A stretch of 64,000 nucleotides of DNA. It comes from Chrysomallon squamiferum (taxonomy: Eukaryota > Animalia > Mollusca). A program made the position numbers and the translations under genes. A model generated the notes under the pieces. The model did not search any database. It had not been told where the DNA came from and saw only the letters and a list, made by a program, of their open reading frames with translations. Positions 61,091-64,000 of this stretch are shown here, piece by piece. Location: assembly GCA_012295275.1 (NCBI GenBank), contig CM022673.1:28272001-28336000 (forward strand). Direction: 5' to 3'. Position 1 is the stretch's first letter; each line of letters begins with the position of its first letter.

Positions 61091-61602
61091 ATAATAGATA
61101 ATGAATAACTGAAGGAAGATTATAGACACAGTTTTAAATATGTTATCATTAGTAAAGGTTAGTATTCAGTAACACAACACAGTCAGATCATAATTTATAT
61201 TTCTGTTTACTTGTTCGACCCCCATCGGAGATTACGTTGTATAAAACGTATAGCATGGTAGACACACTTTAAACTGTAAGTTAATGTGGGTTACCAGCGT
61301 CTGCGATCAGTTGCATATTAATCATAATAAATGTGCCTTTGTCCTACACAGGCAGTAAAACAGACATCGCTAAACATGAACGCCTGTTGAGATAGTTCGA
61401 TCTCTTTATCACTTGGTAATTTTATTAACAGCTATATTCCACAAGCTGTTTCATACAAAATATCACGCAGATAACCTGACAGATAACAACAAAGTAAAAC
61501 TGACTGGAAATATGTCTGAAATTAAGTTCCTTTTTAAAACTTTTTTTTTCTTTCCTTTAAAACTAAGCAAAATATTGAACTATGTTTTCCTTTAAGAAAA
61601 CT

Positions 61603-61633
<31 letters not shown>

Positions 61634-63413
61634 TATTAAAAAATAAACAAGTACGAATAAAAATAAAAATAAAAATACATACATATATATATACATTCAA
61701 ACATATATAAATGCATGCATAACTATGTACATTAATTTAAATAGATAGCTAGACAGATAGATTGATGTTTGTTAAGAATAATATTTAGTTTACGTCTTTT
61801 ATCGATTTCGCTTCAATATCTCTATTTAATAATAAATCTAACAAAACTGAATATTGAATTTAAATTACTGAATTTTTTAAAAGCATTTATTGCGAAAGCT
61901 AAGAAATTTCCATTTAATCTAATTGCAGATTTAAATCCTAAGCTAACAAAATATAAATTCTGTCAAAAATATAAAGATAAAAAGAAACGAAAAATAATGA
62001 TAACAAAAGTAAAGGACAGAAAAAAAAAGAGAAAAAAAAAAAAGATAAATCGAAAAGAAAGAAAGAAAAGACGTTTGGTATTAACATATAAATAACATAG
62101 TATTATAAAAACGAACAAAAAACAAAAACAAAAAACACACACAAAGAAATGGTGCACTAGTATGCATAACGAAAACAACGAAATGTTATTCACTCTGGAT
62201 CTGACAAATTAATAAAGAAAACTAAGAAAATGATGAAATTCAAACTAAAATTATGAAAGATCAAAACAGAAGAGATAACAAAATAGATAAAGGAAGAAGA
62301 AGAAACGAACTGAATAAATAAATTTATTTACAAAAAAAACACAAAAAAAACAAGAAAAACGAGTAGAAGAAATAGAAGGAAAAGGGCATATATCCGCCAA
62401 GACCAAAGAAACCATTATAATGACTCCTCATAAATATTTTAAAAACAAAAGGGCCATGAACACTGACCGCAATAATTTATTGTATTTCTTTAACACAAGC
62501 GGCAAAGAGCTTTTTGTGTTTGGATAGAACAAATGGGAACGTACATGGTTTGTTCGAATCGATATTTTGTTTCATTGAAAACATAAACGAATCTGAGCCA
62601 TTCTTTAATTTCCAAGACTTCTCTGGTAGACAAAAACCTGGAAGACGATCGATATTTTGCTTAATGTTCGATAAATGAATATCTGAAGTTTATTTATAAT
62701 TTCAACAGAAACGTACCAATCTAATTCTTGAAGCATTAAATTCCAGGATGTTCTGTTGTAATTTAAAACACAAACAAAAGTAAACTGTTCGTCAGTCCTA
62801 TTCCCATTTTCTTGCCATGCAAAACGCACAAAAAGATATCGATAATTTATTTAATGATCGATAATAATTTTGCTTTAGAATATTTATGATTTCGGCAGAG
62901 CTGTGTGTGTTTTGTTATTGATCTTGAAAAGTTAAAACTCCGGATGTGAAAATTGAATTCGTTATTCCAGCTTTTTACAAGCTTCTGACATTGTAATTAA
63001 ATCAACTTGGTTGGTTTTAATAGGTTTCTAATTTAATATTCATAGGAAAAAATAATAATTACGAAATATTGCAGAATATATGCATCATTTATCATTTCTT
63101 TATTGTATTTATTCACGAACTGAAAGTATTGCAAGAGATTCACAGAAGAGATGATGAATTCGCGATTCATTTTATCGCCCGTCATATTGTGAAAAAAATA
63201 TTGTCTGCCCATAAAATTGTCTTTCTAAATTATGTTTCAAAGAATGAAGTCTTTTAGGCTAAATTAATTTAATATTAATTGGTTTAATAGATTTTGTCAG
63301 AGTTGTGGTACTGACAGTTTTAGTTTCAGAGCTGGCTCGAGTGAAAATCTGAAGAGAGAGGTTTAAATGATGAAAGAGACATTATGAAAAAAAAAAAATA
63401 CAAACATGAGTCA

Positions 63414-63450
<37 letters not shown>

Positions 63451-64000
63451 TTCAAAGACTTAGGGTTATCAGTTAAGTTAGAAATTAGTTTCCAAAATGT
63501 CCCAATGTGGTCAGAGCTGAATGGATTTGACTACTAAAATTCTGGATGATTAAAACATATTTATATATTCTGATGTATTCTGAGAGAATTATGAGAGAAA
63601 AAGAAAGAAAAAAAGGATAATATTTGAAACAAAAACAAAATTAAAAACATTTCATCAGAAATAACCCATATACCCACATTAATGGAACATACTTTCGCTC
63701 AAATAATCCTATCGCTAAGATGAATCATTTCTGCTTGGACCAGACAGAAATTATTTTTCTCATTTTAAAGTCGTTTGTACTTCAGAAATTAATCATCTGG
63801 ATTAAATTATTTTTACCGAGTAAAGAAAATCACTTTTGTGTTTTAAAGGAAACTCTGGCTTCCGAGTCTGTTTGACTTTTAACCCAAACGTTTTTCATAG
63901 TGAATCCATATATAATAATCTATCGATTGATAAGAAACTGTTATCGAACGAAAAGAAGATATTTCTTTTCTTTATCCGACTCACAATCGCTAATTCTTTA

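Noticed and set aside
63849-64000. Open phase-1 frame after ttttaaag that could be the next Hv exon
   Set aside because: AT-rich, weak acceptor, and no recognisable S2 or other Hv motif.

Overview
This is AT-rich, microsatellite-dense animal genomic DNA with spliceosomal introns, most consistent with a mollusc (probably a gastropod; inferred from gene content and SINE similarity). Two genes lie on the + strand. (1) Positions 1-16028 hold the 3' part (about 27 exons, roughly 1,880 aa inside the window) of a probably secreted Pif/BMSP-family shell-matrix-type protein. Its architecture is unusual: several TSP1 repeats, five near-identical tandem [TSP1-vWA] modules of about 1.8 kb genomic each, another TSP1, Pif-type chitin-binding domains and a C-terminal laminin-G-like domain. 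(2) About 3.4 kb downstream, a second gene starts that the ORF track almost entirely misses. It has a TATA/E-box promoter near 19400, a 20-nt exon ending in gccATG, an alternative 45-codon first exon at 37027-37161, and two coding exons at 59323-59444 and 60626-60750. The last exon encodes the S1 helix of an Hv-family voltage-gated proton channel with the selectivity Asp intact; the gene continues past the window. The rest is intronic or intergenic: microsatellites, degenerate SINE copies, a long-range inverted repeat pair and candidate regulatory motifs. Almost all other ORF-track entries are microsatellite artefacts.
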